Origin: Synechococcus sp.
Lineage (GTDB): Bacteria; Cyanobacteriota; Cyanobacteriia; PCC-6307; Cyanobiaceae
Assembly (NCBI GenBank): GCA_047285305.1
Contig: JBJBDL010000003.1
Coordinates: 1,696,001-1,760,000 of the forward strand
DNA: 64,000 bases
Reading direction: 5' to 3'
Translations under genes and position numbers: made by a program
The notes under the pieces: generated by a model
Databases searched by the model: none
The model's input: the letters and a program-made list of their open reading frames with translations, nothing else
Told to the model about the DNA's origin: nothing
Shown: in pieces, positions 27,432-37,456 of the stretch
Numbering within the stretch: the first letter of the stretch is position 1
Layout of the letters: every line of letters starts with the position of its first letter

Positions 27432-27558
27432 GATCTGGCGGGCGTTCTGACTGACGTGGGCGGAGAGCCGACGTTTCACAGCTGCGGGACAGCGGCAGAT
27501 TTTCACTGCTCTTTCCCCGTTTCCTCCAGCGGCTGTTCCCCGCTGAAACCAGCACACC
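27432..27558 (-). ncRNA. Cobalamin (AdoCbl) riboswitch
   Basis: Minus strand GGT...AAACGGGGAAAG.GCAGTGAAAATCTGCCGCTGTCCCGCAGCTGTGA...AGTCAGAACGCCCGCC (B12 box), directly upstream of hupE. Confidence 0.92.
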
Positions 27559-27595
27559 ACCCTACCGGCGCTTGGCCATCGCTTCAGACCAGGGC

Positions 27596-27847
27596 TTATT
27601 CAGCCTGTGGTGATGCATCGGCAAGGTCGGTGGTGTGGAAATTCCAGCGATCACCGTCCTCCAGCCAGAGCTCCCAAGCCAGGTGACGGCCGCTCCGTTT
27701 CAGTCGCAGCTGGCCACCAAAACCCGCCGGAGAAGGCTGATAAAGCTCGGTGATGTCGTCAACAGGGGCTCCATCCCGACTGAACACCTGCTCCACCTGC
27801 TCACCAAGCCGGGCCGTCAAGTCGCTGCACAGCTCATCAACCGTCAC
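27596..27847 (-). CDS. Hypothetical protein (83 aa)
   Basis: GTG ORF overlapping the upstream stop; LYQPSPAGFGG.L, WELWLEDG..W. Confidence 0.7.
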   Translation of the reverse strand: MTVDELCSDLTARLGEQVEQVFSRDGAPVDDITELYQPSPAGFGGQLRLKRSGRHLAWELWLEDGDRWNFHTTDLADASPQAE

Positions 27848-28152
27848 GCAGGCTGACTCGAGAAATCGAGCACCAAATCGCCGACGTCATCCCGGCTGAT
27901 CTGAAATCCGAAGCCATCAACGGTGCCGGTCCACAGGCCTGCATCGAGATCCGCTTCGATCCCCTCCAGCTGCTCCACCTTGTGATCAAAGAGCAGGCCG
28001 AAGCAATGGGCGGCGACCTGCGCGGCCTGGGACGCATCCATTTCATCGAGTTCGTGGGCTTCCACCGGACACCCATCGAGCAGTTCTGCATCAATGACGT
28101 TGCCGGACCCGACGTCCTCCACAAGAGCTTGCAAGCCAGCCAGATCGTTCAT
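27844..28152 (-). CDS. Hypothetical acidic protein
   Basis: MNDLAGLQALVEDVG...; operon-like packing behind rsmE. Confidence 0.7.
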   Translation of the reverse strand: MNDLAGLQALVEDVGSGNVIDAELLDGCPVEAHELDEMDASQAAQVAAHCFGLLFDHKVEQLEGIEADLDAGLWTGTVDGFGFQISRDDVGDLVLDFSSQPA

Positions 28153-28185
28153 TGCCTTCGCTTTTGAGCAACACACGCAACACCA

Positions 28186-28890
28186 TCATCCCTGGGCCAG
28201 AGCGGTGGTGAGGGCCGTGTCCACGCTCAAGGTGCGCGATCCCAGATGCACGGGCTGCGCGATCACCGCCTGGGCCAACTCCAGTTCAAACGGCACAAAA
28301 CCACCCTCCGGCCCCACCATCACTACAGCGGCCCCCGCTGGGGTGTCACGTAACGGGAGGGAGGCCCCCATCTGGGCCATCCAGCAGGGCCGACCGGCAC
28401 AAAGATCCTTGAGCTGGTCTTCGACAAAGGGTCGAAAGCGCCTGTGTTGATGCACCCGGGGTGCCACCGTGTCGCTGGCGCGCTCCATCCCCGCCAGCAG
28501 GGCATCGTGCACCTTCTCGGGTGTGAGCAAAGGCGATTGCCAATAGCTCTTTTCAACCCGGGCGCAGTTGATCAGGTGAAGGTTGGCCACCCCGTATTCG
28601 GCCACGGTTCGGAACAGACGGCGCAGCACCTTGGGCCTCGGCAAGGCCAGAACAATGTCAAACCGATGGCGAGGCTGAGGTGGCTGGTTGAGGTCCACCT
28701 CCAGCACCACTGCATCTACATCCAGGGCACAGATGCGGCCCTGGCCAAGATCGCCATTCAGCTCACCAACCCGGATGCTGTCGCCCACCGCAGCCCGAAG
28801 CACCGAACGGATGTGATCCGCCCGGCGATCCACAAGACGAACCTTCCGTTCATCCAGCCAATCCGAACGGTTGAGAACAACGATGTTCAT
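28186..28890 (-). CDS. rsmE: 16S rRNA (uracil-1498-N3)-methyltransferase
   Basis: HIRSVLR, VGPEGGF, VHLGSRTLSVDTA SPOUT motifs. Confidence 0.88.
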   Translation of the reverse strand: MNIVVLNRSDWLDERKVRLVDRRADHIRSVLRAAVGDSIRVGELNGDLGQGRICALDVDAVVLEVDLNQPPQPRHRFDIVLALPRPKVLRRLFRTVAEYGVANLHLINCARVEKSYWQSPLLTPEKVHDALLAGMERASDTVAPRVHQHRRFRPFVEDQLKDLCAGRPCWMAQMGASLPLRDTPAGAAVVMVGPEGGFVPFELELAQAVIAQPVHLGSRTLSVDTALTTALAQG

Positions 28891-28971
28891 GGCTGGATCT
28901 CTGGGATCAACAGCACGCCGTCACTAATAGATCCGTTAGTTCAGCACAACTATCCCCGCGGCCCACAATCC

Positions 28972-29277
28972 TCAGCAGTGTTCGAACACCCCGGGGATCA
29001 ACTCCCGCTCGCGGCGAGCCTGAAACTCAGCGTCGGCAGCACGCAGCGCCGCGGGATCATCCTGAAACCAGCAGCCATAGAGAAGATTCAGGATCCGATC
29101 AACATCGAGATCACGATCAGCCACGTCCTGCCACAAGCGTTGGCTTAATTCGGCATCAGCCAGCTGAAATTGAGCCTGGGCCAGACGTCGGGCTGCGTCG
29201 AAATGGACCTGTTGCAACTGCCGCGACGGTGAGTCGTACTGAAGCAACCGTCCCTGGATCGTTTGAAGCAAACCCAT
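28972..29277 (-). CDS. Hypothetical protein (101 aa)
   Basis: Clean ORF, helical composition. Confidence 0.65.
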   Translation of the reverse strand: MGLLQTIQGRLLQYDSPSRQLQQVHFDAARRLAQAQFQLADAELSQRLWQDVADRDLDVDRILNLLYGCWFQDDPAALRAADAEFQARRERELIPGVFEHC

Positions 29278-29383
29278 GCCATCAGCTTTGCTGCATTCAG
29301 ATTGAATCCGCAGATGCCGATCGACAATGAGTCGTCATGCTGGTTTTCAAACTGCAGCCCTAAAGCAGATCACCAGAAAGCGA

Positions 29384-29686
29384 TCAACACTGATCAAATC
29401 CCAACAAGATCCTGTCCTGCAAGCCAGCGTGATTGAGGCCAGGACGGTGCAATTGCAGGGCCGGAAGAAGATCGAGCACAAGATTGTTGGCCCGGCGGGA
29501 TTCAAAGCAAACTCCAACGCGATCCCCCACGGAACGGGCTAGACGGATCTGATCCATCGCCAGCTGCAACTGGAACACCTGCTGGTCAAGGCTTCTGGAA
29601 TGGGCAGCCCCGTTGAGGCTGCAGCCCAGCAGCACGCTCAACCACCAACCCTGTGATCGCATCGGCATCACACCACCAGAAGGCAT
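29384..29686 (-). CDS. Hypothetical exported protein
   Basis: Signal-like N-terminus, two Cys in the mature part; directly downstream of oxoprolinase. Confidence 0.6.
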   Translation of the reverse strand: MPSGGVMPMRSQGWWLSVLLGCSLNGAAHSRSLDQQVFQLQLAMDQIRLARSVGDRVGVCFESRRANNLVLDLLPALQLHRPGLNHAGLQDRILLGFDQC

Positions 29687-29692
29687 CCCCCC

Positions 29693-32600
29693 TCAACGTC
29701 CCATGCCGCCTCCCCCTGGAGTGAGCATGCGAATGGCCTCACCCGCCTGGAGCTCCAATTGCACAGTACCGGGCAGGGGATGGGCCACCCCCTCACGGTC
29801 CAGCCGCAGGTTCTCGCCACAGGCACCGCTGGTCCCACCGTTGAGACCGAACGGGGCTACCTGCCGCGAGCCACTGATCAGCGAGACACTCATCGGCTCG
29901 AGGAAACGGATCGTGCGCTCCAAGCCGTCGCCCCCGGGCCACCGACCCTGGCCGCCACTGCCGGAGCGCACCGCGAAGGATTCCAAGCGCACCGGATAAA
30001 GGCTCTCCAACACCTCGGGATCCGTCAGCCTCGAGTTGGTCATGTGGGACTGCAGCCCCACCGATCCGGCAAAGCCCTCACCCGCACCGCCTCCACCGGC
30101 CACTGTTTCGTAGTACTGGCAGCGGCCATTGCCGAAGCTGACGTTGTTCATCGTTCCCTGGCCGGCCGCCTGGGCGCCAAAGGCAGCGAAAAGCAGATTG
30201 CAGAGGGCCTGAGACACCTCCACGTTGCCGGCCACCACAGCGGCGGGGCGCCGCGGATTCAACAGACAGCCCTCCGGCACGACCAGATCGAGCGGCGCGA
30301 AACAACCCTCGTTCAAGGGAATGTCGCTGTCGAGGAGACAACGGATCACGTACAGCACGGCCGCCCGCGTCACCGCCAGGGGGGCATTGAAATTGCCCGG
30401 CCGTTGCGGCGATGTTCCGCTGAAATCCAAACGTAACCGTTGGCGTTGCGGATCAAGGCTCACCTGCACCACCAGGCGGGAACCGTCATCAAAGTCCAAC
30501 TGATTCCGGGCGTCCGTTAGGCGCAACAGCAGCCGTTGAACACTGCGGGCTGCGTCCTGCTGCAGCAAGGTCATCTGACGTTGCACCAGGGTCTGCCCCT
30601 CCCGCTCCACGAGGGATTGGAGCGCCACAATGCCCGCCTGATTGGCCGCCACCTGCGCCTGCAGGTCGGCCAGCAGTTCCGGAGGGTTGCGGGGCGGCGT
30701 CGCCATGCCGCTCCACACCGCTTCAAAATCGGCGGCGAGAACCCGGCCCTGGCGCACGAACAGCTGGTTACGCAGCAGCAGCCCCTCATCGTCGATAGTG
30801 CGGCTGAAGGACGGCATCGACCCGGGAGCGATGCCACCCACATCGGCGTGATGGCCACGACTGGCTACAAAGAAGCTGGGCTGATCCCCATTGCAGAACA
30901 CCGGCGAGATGGCGGTGATGTCGGGCAGGTGGGTGCCGCCATGAAAAGGGTCGTTGCTGAGCAGCGTGTCGCCAGGCTGCAGCGGTGCGACATCACCATT
31001 CGCTACCTGGGCCAGCAGGTCGCGCACGCTGTCGCCCATCGATCCGAGGTGCACAGGAATGTGGGGAGCGTTGGCAACCAGGGCACCCGTGGCATCGAAC
31101 AACGCACAGGAGAAATCCAGGCGCTCGCGGATGTTCACGGAGCGACTGCTCAGCCGCAGCTGTTCCCCCATCTGTTCAGCGATCGCCATGAAGCGGTGGC
31201 GAAACAGTTCCGCCTGCAACGGGTCGCGGTCACCGGCCTGCGCGAGTGGCGGTGATCCGTCTGCAAGGTGCGAGCACTCCAGCAACAGCGTGCCCCCCTC
31301 CGCTACCCGGGCCTGCCAGCCCGGCTCCAGCACCGTGCAGCCCGTGGCTTCTGCGATCAGAGCCGGGCCTGCAATCCGCTTATTCAGTGGCAGAGCACTG
31401 CGGTTCAGCAACGGAACCTGCGTCCAGCCGCTCGACTCAAGATACATCGACACCTGCGGCGATGGCTGCACCTCTGGCGTTGGTTCAGGCATCCCAGCTG
31501 TGGCATCAAACTGTTGGGGTGCTGTGACCTCAACATTGAGGTGTTCGACGAACAGGGCCTGATCGGCATCAATGCAGTAGCCGTAGCGTTGCTGATGGCT
31601 CGCCTGGAAAGCCGAGATCATGGCATCAACCCCCTGCCCTGCAGACCAGGTGAGCCCCAGGGTCTGCTCGGCAGAGGGATAACGCAGGGCCAGGCTGACC
31701 CAGACCTCCGACTCCCCCGAATCGGCATCAGCGCCATCCCCCTGGTGACGCAAGGTCTCCTGCGCTTCAGCCATCAGCCGCTCCACCTGATCCGGCAGGC
31801 CCGCCAACAGATCAGGCGAGAGGGCAGCACCGAGATACACCTGACGCCGACAGCGCTGGCGGGCCTGCCCCATCCCAAAGGCGGAGAGAACGCCGGCCAT
31901 GGGATGCAACAGCACCGTGTTCAGCCCCAGTTCATCCGCTAGCCGACAGGCGTGCTGACCACCAGCCCCCCCGTAGGCCACCAACACCCCGCCGCGAATG
32001 TCCTCACCGCGATGCAGCGACACCCGGCGAATCGCAGCGGCCATGGTTTCCACCGCCAGTTGCAACGCCCCGTATGCCACCCGCTCTGGGGCCTGCCCCA
32101 GCGCTGCCGCGAGCTCGGCGAAGCGATGCCGCACCACCTCCACACCCAGTGGCAGATCCCCGGACGGTCCGAATACCGCCGGGAAGCGGTCCACCTGCAG
32201 ACGCCCCAGCAGCAGGTTGGCATCGGTGATGGTGAGCGGTCCGCCGGCGCGATAACAGGCCGGTCCCGGTTGTGCTCCGGCGGAGCGAGGTCCCACCCGC
32301 AGCCGCTCCCCCTGGAGCTCCAGCACTGATCCGCCACCGGCCGCCACGGTTTCAATCGGCAGGCGTGGGGCCAGCAACTGCAAACCGGCGATCTCGGTCT
32401 GCTCCTTTACTTGACGCAAAGCCTGCGCATCGGCGGAAGCCACGCAGAACACATCCGTCGACGTGCCCCCCATGTCGAAGCCGAGCACCGGCACCCCGTC
32501 AAAGCCGGCCATCCGCGCCGCGGCTATCGCCCCGACCATGCCGGCCGCGGGCCCCGAAAGGATGGTGTCTTTGGCCTGCAGCCTGTCTGGAACCTGCAAC

Positions 32601-33322
32601 GCTCCACTGGAGGTCATCACCCGCAGTGGCGTGGCATCGCCCAACGCCCCTTCCACCTGCTGAAGGTAGCCATCCAGCACCGGATGCACGGCCCCCTCCA
32701 CCAACGCCGTCTGCCCCCGCGGCACCAGACGGGGCATCACACTCACCTGGTGGGAGCAAACCACGGTACGAAAGCCAAGTTCCCGCAGCAATGCAGCACA
32801 GCGCTGCTCATGGGCTGGGTTGCGCTGGGCATGCAACAACGCCACCACGGCGACCTCCAGGCCGGAACGGTGCAGCTCCTCAAGACGCCGCCGCAGCGGC
32901 TGATCCAGCACCAGAGGCTCCACCTCCTCACCCCGGGCATCGAGCCGACCGGTCAGCTCCAGCACCGTTTGCGCCAGGAAGGGGCGCTGGGGCTGCTCAA
33001 GCGCGAACAGATCGTCGCGATGTTGATCGCCGATCCACAGCTGATCCCTCAGCCCGGCATTGGTGAGTAACAGCAGCGGAGCACCAGCCCCCTCCAGCAA
33101 CGCATTGGTGGCCACGGTGGTGCCGAGGCGCACTTCGTCAACGTCCCCCAGCTCCATGAGTGGAGAAGCCGACGCCAACATCGCTTCCATGGCCGACACT
33201 GCAGGGTCCCCAGCACCGGCCTGCTCCGAGAGAACCTTGCGCACGTGCAGCTGGCCTTCTGGATCGCGACCGATCAGATCGGTGAAGGTGCCACCGCGAT
33301 CAATCCAGAAGCACCACCCCAT
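29693..33322 (-). CDS. 5-oxoprolinase (ATP-hydrolysing), fused hydantoinase A/B
   Basis: IDRGGTFTD, GTTVATNALLE, SGPAAG, FDMGGTSTD, NIRERLDFSCA, HIPVHLGSM, GGTHLPD, TPGGGG. Confidence 0.93.
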   Translation of the reverse strand: MGWCFWIDRGGTFTDLIGRDPEGQLHVRKVLSEQAGAGDPAVSAMEAMLASASPLMELGDVDEVRLGTTVATNALLEGAGAPLLLLTNAGLRDQLWIGDQHRDDLFALEQPQRPFLAQTVLELTGRLDARGEEVEPLVLDQPLRRRLEELHRSGLEVAVVALLHAQRNPAHEQRCAALLRELGFRTVVCSHQVSVMPRLVPRGQTALVEGAVHPVLDGYLQQVEGALGDATPLRVMTSSGALQVPDRLQAKDTILSGPAAGMVGAIAAARMAGFDGVPVLGFDMGGTSTDVFCVASADAQALRQVKEQTEIAGLQLLAPRLPIETVAAGGGSVLELQGERLRVGPRSAGAQPGPACYRAGGPLTITDANLLLGRLQVDRFPAVFGPSGDLPLGVEVVRHRFAELAAALGQAPERVAYGALQLAVETMAAAIRRVSLHRGEDIRGGVLVAYGGAGGQHACRLADELGLNTVLLHPMAGVLSAFGMGQARQRCRRQVYLGAALSPDLLAGLPDQVERLMAEAQETLRHQGDGADADSGESEVWVSLALRYPSAEQTLGLTWSAGQGVDAMISAFQASHQQRYGYCIDADQALFVEHLNVEVTAPQQFDATAGMPEPTPEVQPSPQVSMYLESSGWTQVPLLNRSALPLNKRIAGPALIAEATGCTVLEPGWQARVAEGGTLLLECSHLADGSPPLAQAGDRDPLQAELFRHRFMAIAEQMGEQLRLSSRSVNIRERLDFSCALFDATGALVANAPHIPVHLGSMGDSVRDLLAQVANGDVAPLQPGDTLLSNDPFHGGTHLPDITAISPVFCNGDQPSFFVASRGHHADVGGIAPGSMPSFSRTIDDEGLLLRNQLFVRQGRVLAADFEAVWSGMATPPRNPPELLADLQAQVAANQAGIVALQSLVEREGQTLVQRQMTLLQQDAARSVQRLLLRLTDARNQLDFDDGSRLVVQVSLDPQRQRLRLDFSGTSPQRPGNFNAPLAVTRAAVLYVIRCLLDSDIPLNEGCFAPLDLVVPEGCLLNPRRPAAVVAGNVEVSQALCNLLFAAFGAQAAGQGTMNNVSFGNGRCQYYETVAGGGGAGEGFAGSVGLQSHMTNSRLTDPEVLESLYPVRLESFAVRSGSGGQGRWPGGDGLERTIRFLEPMSVSLISGSRQVAPFGLNGGTSGACGENLRLDREGVAHPLPGTVQLELQAGEAIRMLTPGGGGMGR

Positions 33323-33441
33323 CTCCTGCCCTGGCCAACGTCGCCCCAGCCTGCCGCGCAGGCCGATCAACAAACCATGTCGACGCCAACCAATGAGCGA
33401 GCTGAACTGAGAACGTTGAGAAGCAACTGCCGCCCGAACGC

Positions 33442-34398
33442 TTGGACAAGCTCGCCACGGCCTGGGCGATCTTTCAGGGGTTACTGCTGGAAGCCGTTCC
33501 GTTTCTGCTGCTCGGCGTTGCCATCGCAGGGCTGGCCCGATGGGCCGTGCCACCGGGTGCCTGGATCGAGCGGCTCCCGAAGAACCCAGTGCTGGCTCCG
33601 ATCATCGGGGCCTTGATGGGCTTTGCCCTCCCGGCCTGCGAATGCGGCAATGTCCCCGTCGCCCGCCGACTGCTGGCCAGCGGGGCACCGATGGGCACGG
33701 CCTTCGGCTTTCTGTTTGCAGCACCGGTACTGAATCCCATCGTCCTGGCCAGCACCTGGGCCGCGTTTCCTGATCAGCCCTGGCTGCTGGTGGCCCGGCC
33801 TCTGGGGGCCTTTCTGCTGGCGATCCTGCTGAGTTTGTTGCTGGTGCAACTGCCCGAGACGAAGCTGCTGGCCACTGCACTTCTGGAGGAACGCCGCATG
33901 AGCCAGCCCCTAAGCAACCTGGGGCTGCTGCAGCGCAGCAGTGGTGTGATCGGCGGATCACCCAGCAGCCCACGATCCCTCAGCAGCAGGCGCCTTAAGG
34001 CTTGGCAGGTTCTGGATCAGAGCTGCCGCGAATTTCTCGATCTGCTGGCTCTGCTGGTGCTGGGATGTGTCATTGCGGCCCTGGTGCAGACCTGGCTGCC
34101 GCGCAGTTGGCTGTTGGCCGTGGGGGGTGCGCCGACGGCATCGATCCTGGCCTTGATGCTGCTGGCCGTGGTGGTGTCGGTCTGCTCCAGCGTGGATGCC
34201 TTTCTGGCCCTGGGGTTTGCCGCTCAGATCACCCCAGGAGCCCTGCTGGCCTTCCTCTTGCTGGGGCCAGTTGTGGATCTCAAACTCGCGGGCCTGTTCA
34301 CCGTGCTGATGCGGCCAAGGGCGATCCTGATCACGGCGATCGGTGCCAGTCTTGGCGTGCTGCTGATCGGTCAGTGGATCAACCTGTGGCTGCTGTGA
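33442..34398 (+). CDS. COG0701/DUF318 permease (YcgR-like)
   Basis: EAVPFLLLG, PACECG, APVLNP, VCSSVDAF, GPVVDLK. Confidence 0.88.
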   Translation: MDKLATAWAIFQGLLLEAVPFLLLGVAIAGLARWAVPPGAWIERLPKNPVLAPIIGALMGFALPACECGNVPVARRLLASGAPMGTAFGFLFAAPVLNPIVLASTWAAFPDQPWLLVARPLGAFLLAILLSLLLVQLPETKLLATALLEERRMSQPLSNLGLLQRSSGVIGGSPSSPRSLSSRRLKAWQVLDQSCREFLDLLALLVLGCVIAALVQTWLPRSWLLAVGGAPTASILALMLLAVVVSVCSSVDAFLALGFAAQITPGALLAFLLLGPVVDLKLAGLFTVLMRPRAILITAIGASLGVLLIGQWINLWLL

Positions 34399-34408
34399 GG
34401 AGCCGGTC

Positions 34409-35065
34409 GTGTTGAAGCGCATAGCCCTGCTGCTGCTCTGGGGCCTGACGCTGTTGTGGAGCTTCCACAGCAGACGCCTCGATCTGCTGCTTCGCGGGGT
34501 CTTCCATGGCCTGGTGGGGTTCACCGGCCTGGTCTTGCTGATGCTAGGCGTGGCCCTTCTGCTGAAAAAAGAGAAGCAAAACGAACGCTGGCGATGGCCC
34601 TGGCTGCTCAGTGGCGTGATGGCTGCGCTGGTGATGATCATTCCGCCGAATCCCTCCTTCAGCGATCTGGCCAGCAACCGCCCTCAGGGCCTGCCCGATC
34701 CACCGGAATTGGCCTTTGTTCTGCCCCCCGAACAACGCAGCCTCACGGAATGGGTGCGCTTGCTGCGCAGCCAGCCGGATCCCGACCTTGTGGCCGGTAA
34801 TCCTTTGCGCATCAGCGGTTTTGTCTGGAGGCAACCCCAGGGGCCACCGCTGATCGCCCGGCTCACGGTGCGCTGTTGCCTGGCCGACGCCACGCCCGCT
34901 GGTCTAGCGGTGGAGTGGCCGGAGTGGTTCATCCCCCAAACCAACCAGTGGTTGGCCATCGAGGGAACGATGAGCGTGCAAACGCGGAGCGAACGACGCA
35001 TGCCCGTCGTAATTCCCCAAAACATCACGCCGATTGCCAGGCCCGAGCGGCCCCTGGAACCATGA
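34409..35065 (+). CDS. TIGR03943/DUF1980 (YcgQ-like) membrane protein
   Basis: N-terminal TMs, ISGFV, ARLTVRCCLADA, W..IEG. Confidence 0.85.
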   Translation: MLKRIALLLLWGLTLLWSFHSRRLDLLLRGVFHGLVGFTGLVLLMLGVALLLKKEKQNERWRWPWLLSGVMAALVMIIPPNPSFSDLASNRPQGLPDPPELAFVLPPEQRSLTEWVRLLRSQPDPDLVAGNPLRISGFVWRQPQGPPLIARLTVRCCLADATPAGLAVEWPEWFIPQTNQWLAIEGTMSVQTRSERRMPVVIPQNITPIARPERPLEP

Positions 35066-36384
35066 CGCGGCGGCCCTTGCTGCTGATGCTGATGGCCTGC
35101 GCCGCTGTTCTGGCGCAGCAACAACTGCTGTTGCGCCGGCCTCCGCGGCTGCTGCGCCTGGTGCCGCAGCAGGTGCAGAGCGGCAGCGCAGCTCTGCACC
35201 TGCAGTTCAGTCGCCCGATGGATCGGCCCCAGGTCAGCGAGGCCAGCCGAATCACTCCAGCCGTGCCCCATCAGTGGCTGGGGGAGACGACAGCACTGCG
35301 GATGGTGATCGATGCGGATGTCGTGCTCACTGCTCCGCTCGAGCTATCGATCGCAGGAGAAGACCAACGCGGTCTGCCGTTAGGGGAACAGCAATGGTGG
35401 TGGGACCCGAGACCCTGGCTGATCGCAACACGGCCTGTGCATGGAGGCGAACAGGTTCAACTGCAGACGCGATCAGGAGAGTGGATGCCGATCAGTCGGA
35501 TCTGGCCCGCCATCCCCAGCGTCGTCCCCCTGGGAAATGGTCGGGGTGTTGCACTGGTGGGACGCGATCAGAACGGCACCGAACAGGTGTGGTTGGACCA
35601 GCTGACACCCCGCAGCAACGCCAACCGCCTGGCCGCCTTGGGGCCACCAACGCTGAGCCGCACGGAACCCCTGTTGCAAGGGGAGGTGCTATTCGCCCAT
35701 CTCAGCAGCAATCTCAATGGTGATCTGCTGGTTCAGAGCGGTGGGTTCCAACCGGGCAGCGACCAAGCCCTCTTGCTGCAGGCCGATGGCAAACGCAAGG
35801 CTCTGGCACTGAAACCCTCCGGGCCGATGCAGTTGCTTCCGGCTGGAGGGGGCGTGGTGATGCCCACCAGCAACGGCCTGAGCCTCCGGCCCCTGCAAAC
35901 AACCGAGCAAAAGCCGCAGATGCTGCCGGGGAGTCGGGAACTGGGGGCCTTCTGCGGTGCCTCAGGACGGGCCGTGTTGATTCGACACTGGCCGGATTAC
36001 AGGCGCTCGATTGAGCTGGTGGTTCCAGGGCAAGCGCCGAAGCAACTGCACCTCGGTGATCAGGCGGTGCTGGGGGTGACCTGCGACAACCGCGGCAAAC
36101 GGATCTGGGCTGTGCTGGGGCGCTGGGAGCAGCAACGGGGCAATCACGAACTGGTGCTAATCAACGAAGAGGGAGAGGTGACACAAAGCAGGGCCCTGGA
36201 GCCATGGACGCTCAAGGCGGGCAGCCCCATCCAGTGGAACCCAGTGACGAATCAATTGCTGATGACGCTGACGCGACCGAACCAGACCCATGCCCGTGCA
36301 GGCCTGATCGACGGCAACAGCTTGAAGATCATCAAGGTGATTAACACGCCAATTAGTGAAGCGCAGTGGCTTCACGCAGGCTGA
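35062..36384 (+). CDS. Hypothetical exported protein (Ig-like plus propeller-like)
   Basis: Signal anchor, LQFSRPMD motif, beta-rich; ATGA overlap with the upstream gene. Confidence 0.7.
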   Translation: MTRRPLLLMLMACAAVLAQQQLLLRRPPRLLRLVPQQVQSGSAALHLQFSRPMDRPQVSEASRITPAVPHQWLGETTALRMVIDADVVLTAPLELSIAGEDQRGLPLGEQQWWWDPRPWLIATRPVHGGEQVQLQTRSGEWMPISRIWPAIPSVVPLGNGRGVALVGRDQNGTEQVWLDQLTPRSNANRLAALGPPTLSRTEPLLQGEVLFAHLSSNLNGDLLVQSGGFQPGSDQALLLQADGKRKALALKPSGPMQLLPAGGGVVMPTSNGLSLRPLQTTEQKPQMLPGSRELGAFCGASGRAVLIRHWPDYRRSIELVVPGQAPKQLHLGDQAVLGVTCDNRGKRIWAVLGRWEQQRGNHELVLINEEGEVTQSRALEPWTLKAGSPIQWNPVTNQLLMTLTRPNQTHARAGLIDGNSLKIIKVINTPISEAQWLHAG

Positions 36385-36418
36385 ATAAATGCCTTATCAC
36401 CATCAAAACAAAACAGAA

Positions 36419-36443
36419 ACCTCGCCGGGTTTACCGGCGAGGT
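36419..36443. terminator. Terminator between convergent operons
   Basis: ACCTCGCCGG-GTTTA-CCGGCGAGGT. Confidence 0.75.
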
Positions 36444-36458
36444 CAAAACTGCTATCAA

Positions 36459-37415
36459 TCACAGCTTATAGGTAATACCGGTACCTACATGGTGCTGGTA
36501 GCCATCACCCCAACCTTCAACATTCTCCCAGGTATACACAAATTTCCAGTGCGCAAAGAAATCAACTTTGTCGTTGACAGGCCTAGATATCATCACCTCT
36601 CCAGCAAAATCAGTACGGGAATCTAGATCACTAGCATAGCTGCCTGGAGTGTAAAAACGAGGACCAGCATCTAGCTGAAAAGATGTTTCACCGTAATTAA
36701 AACCAACTCCAAGGCGAGGATCGGTGTAGTTCCCAATGTAAACGCCGTCTACGCCCCAACCTTGACGATGATCTACTGAAAGATATACCCCATCAAATAA
36801 ATCAGAAAGGGAATCACCTAGACCAAAGTCAACATCACCATCCCCAAGGGCATAAATCACCTTAGCCCCCAACTCATTTTTAATACCTTTTGATTCAAAC
36901 TTTTCCCATTCATTTTCGTCAGCATGGAATTCTAACTCATCACTTGTGACGACGTAGGGGTTCCAATATGCCTGAATATTAAACTTATCTGAGTGCTTAT
37001 AATTAGCCTCAAAGAAAGCTTTGAAATCAACTCTTTCACGAGTTGGATGAGCTTCGCTCTCCTCGTGCTCGTGCCCCTCTTCCTCTGCATGCGCATGGAT
37101 CTCTCCATAGAAATGCTCTGCGCCACCTCTTGTAAAAGTTGGGCCTACGAAAGCGGCAAAGGAAAATTGCTTCCCATCACCAAGACCCCAAGTAAATTCG
37201 CCACCGATTAAGAAGTCAGCGGCATAGTGCTTTTCTGGAATTTCAAGATTATCATCAAATCCAGCATGACCCTCTACGGTAATGAGGGGAGTGAAATCAA
37301 ATTCACCAGCTTCCAATTCTGTACCGCCTCCATGTGAACCATGTGCATGGGCTGGAGCCATGGAAGCAAAGGGACTCAAAAATAGAGCCAGGAGAAGAAA
37401 ACGAGAACGGAACAT
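36459..37415 (-). CDS. His-rich exported protein, probable outer-membrane beta-barrel
   Basis: Signal peptide, HAHGSH N-terminus, HAHAEEEGHEHEE loop, alternating aromatic strands, C-terminal GITYKL. Confidence 0.7.
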   Translation of the reverse strand: MFRSRFLLLALFLSPFASMAPAHAHGSHGGGTELEAGEFDFTPLITVEGHAGFDDNLEIPEKHYAADFLIGGEFTWGLGDGKQFSFAAFVGPTFTRGGAEHFYGEIHAHAEEEGHEHEESEAHPTRERVDFKAFFEANYKHSDKFNIQAYWNPYVVTSDELEFHADENEWEKFESKGIKNELGAKVIYALGDGDVDFGLGDSLSDLFDGVYLSVDHRQGWGVDGVYIGNYTDPRLGVGFNYGETSFQLDAGPRFYTPGSYASDLDSRTDFAGEVMISRPVNDKVDFFAHWKFVYTWENVEGWGDGYQHHVGTGITYKL

Positions 37416-37456
37416 GGAATAGAAAGAGTTGATGTGGAAGTCGGATAGAGATTTGG

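Noticed and set aside
27412..27555. N-terminal extension of the 258-aa HupE ORF
   Set aside because: It is the cobalamin riboswitch read in frame; the signal peptide begins further downstream
1..33322. ggt and 5-oxoprolinase as a glutathione-cycle cluster
   Set aside because: About 29 kb apart with unrelated genes between; no evidence of co-regulation
29759..33410. Many long plus-strand ORFs opposite the oxoprolinase (likewise opposite prs, clpC and lysA)
   Set aside because: Antisense shadow ORFs typical of GC-rich coding DNA, with no motifs
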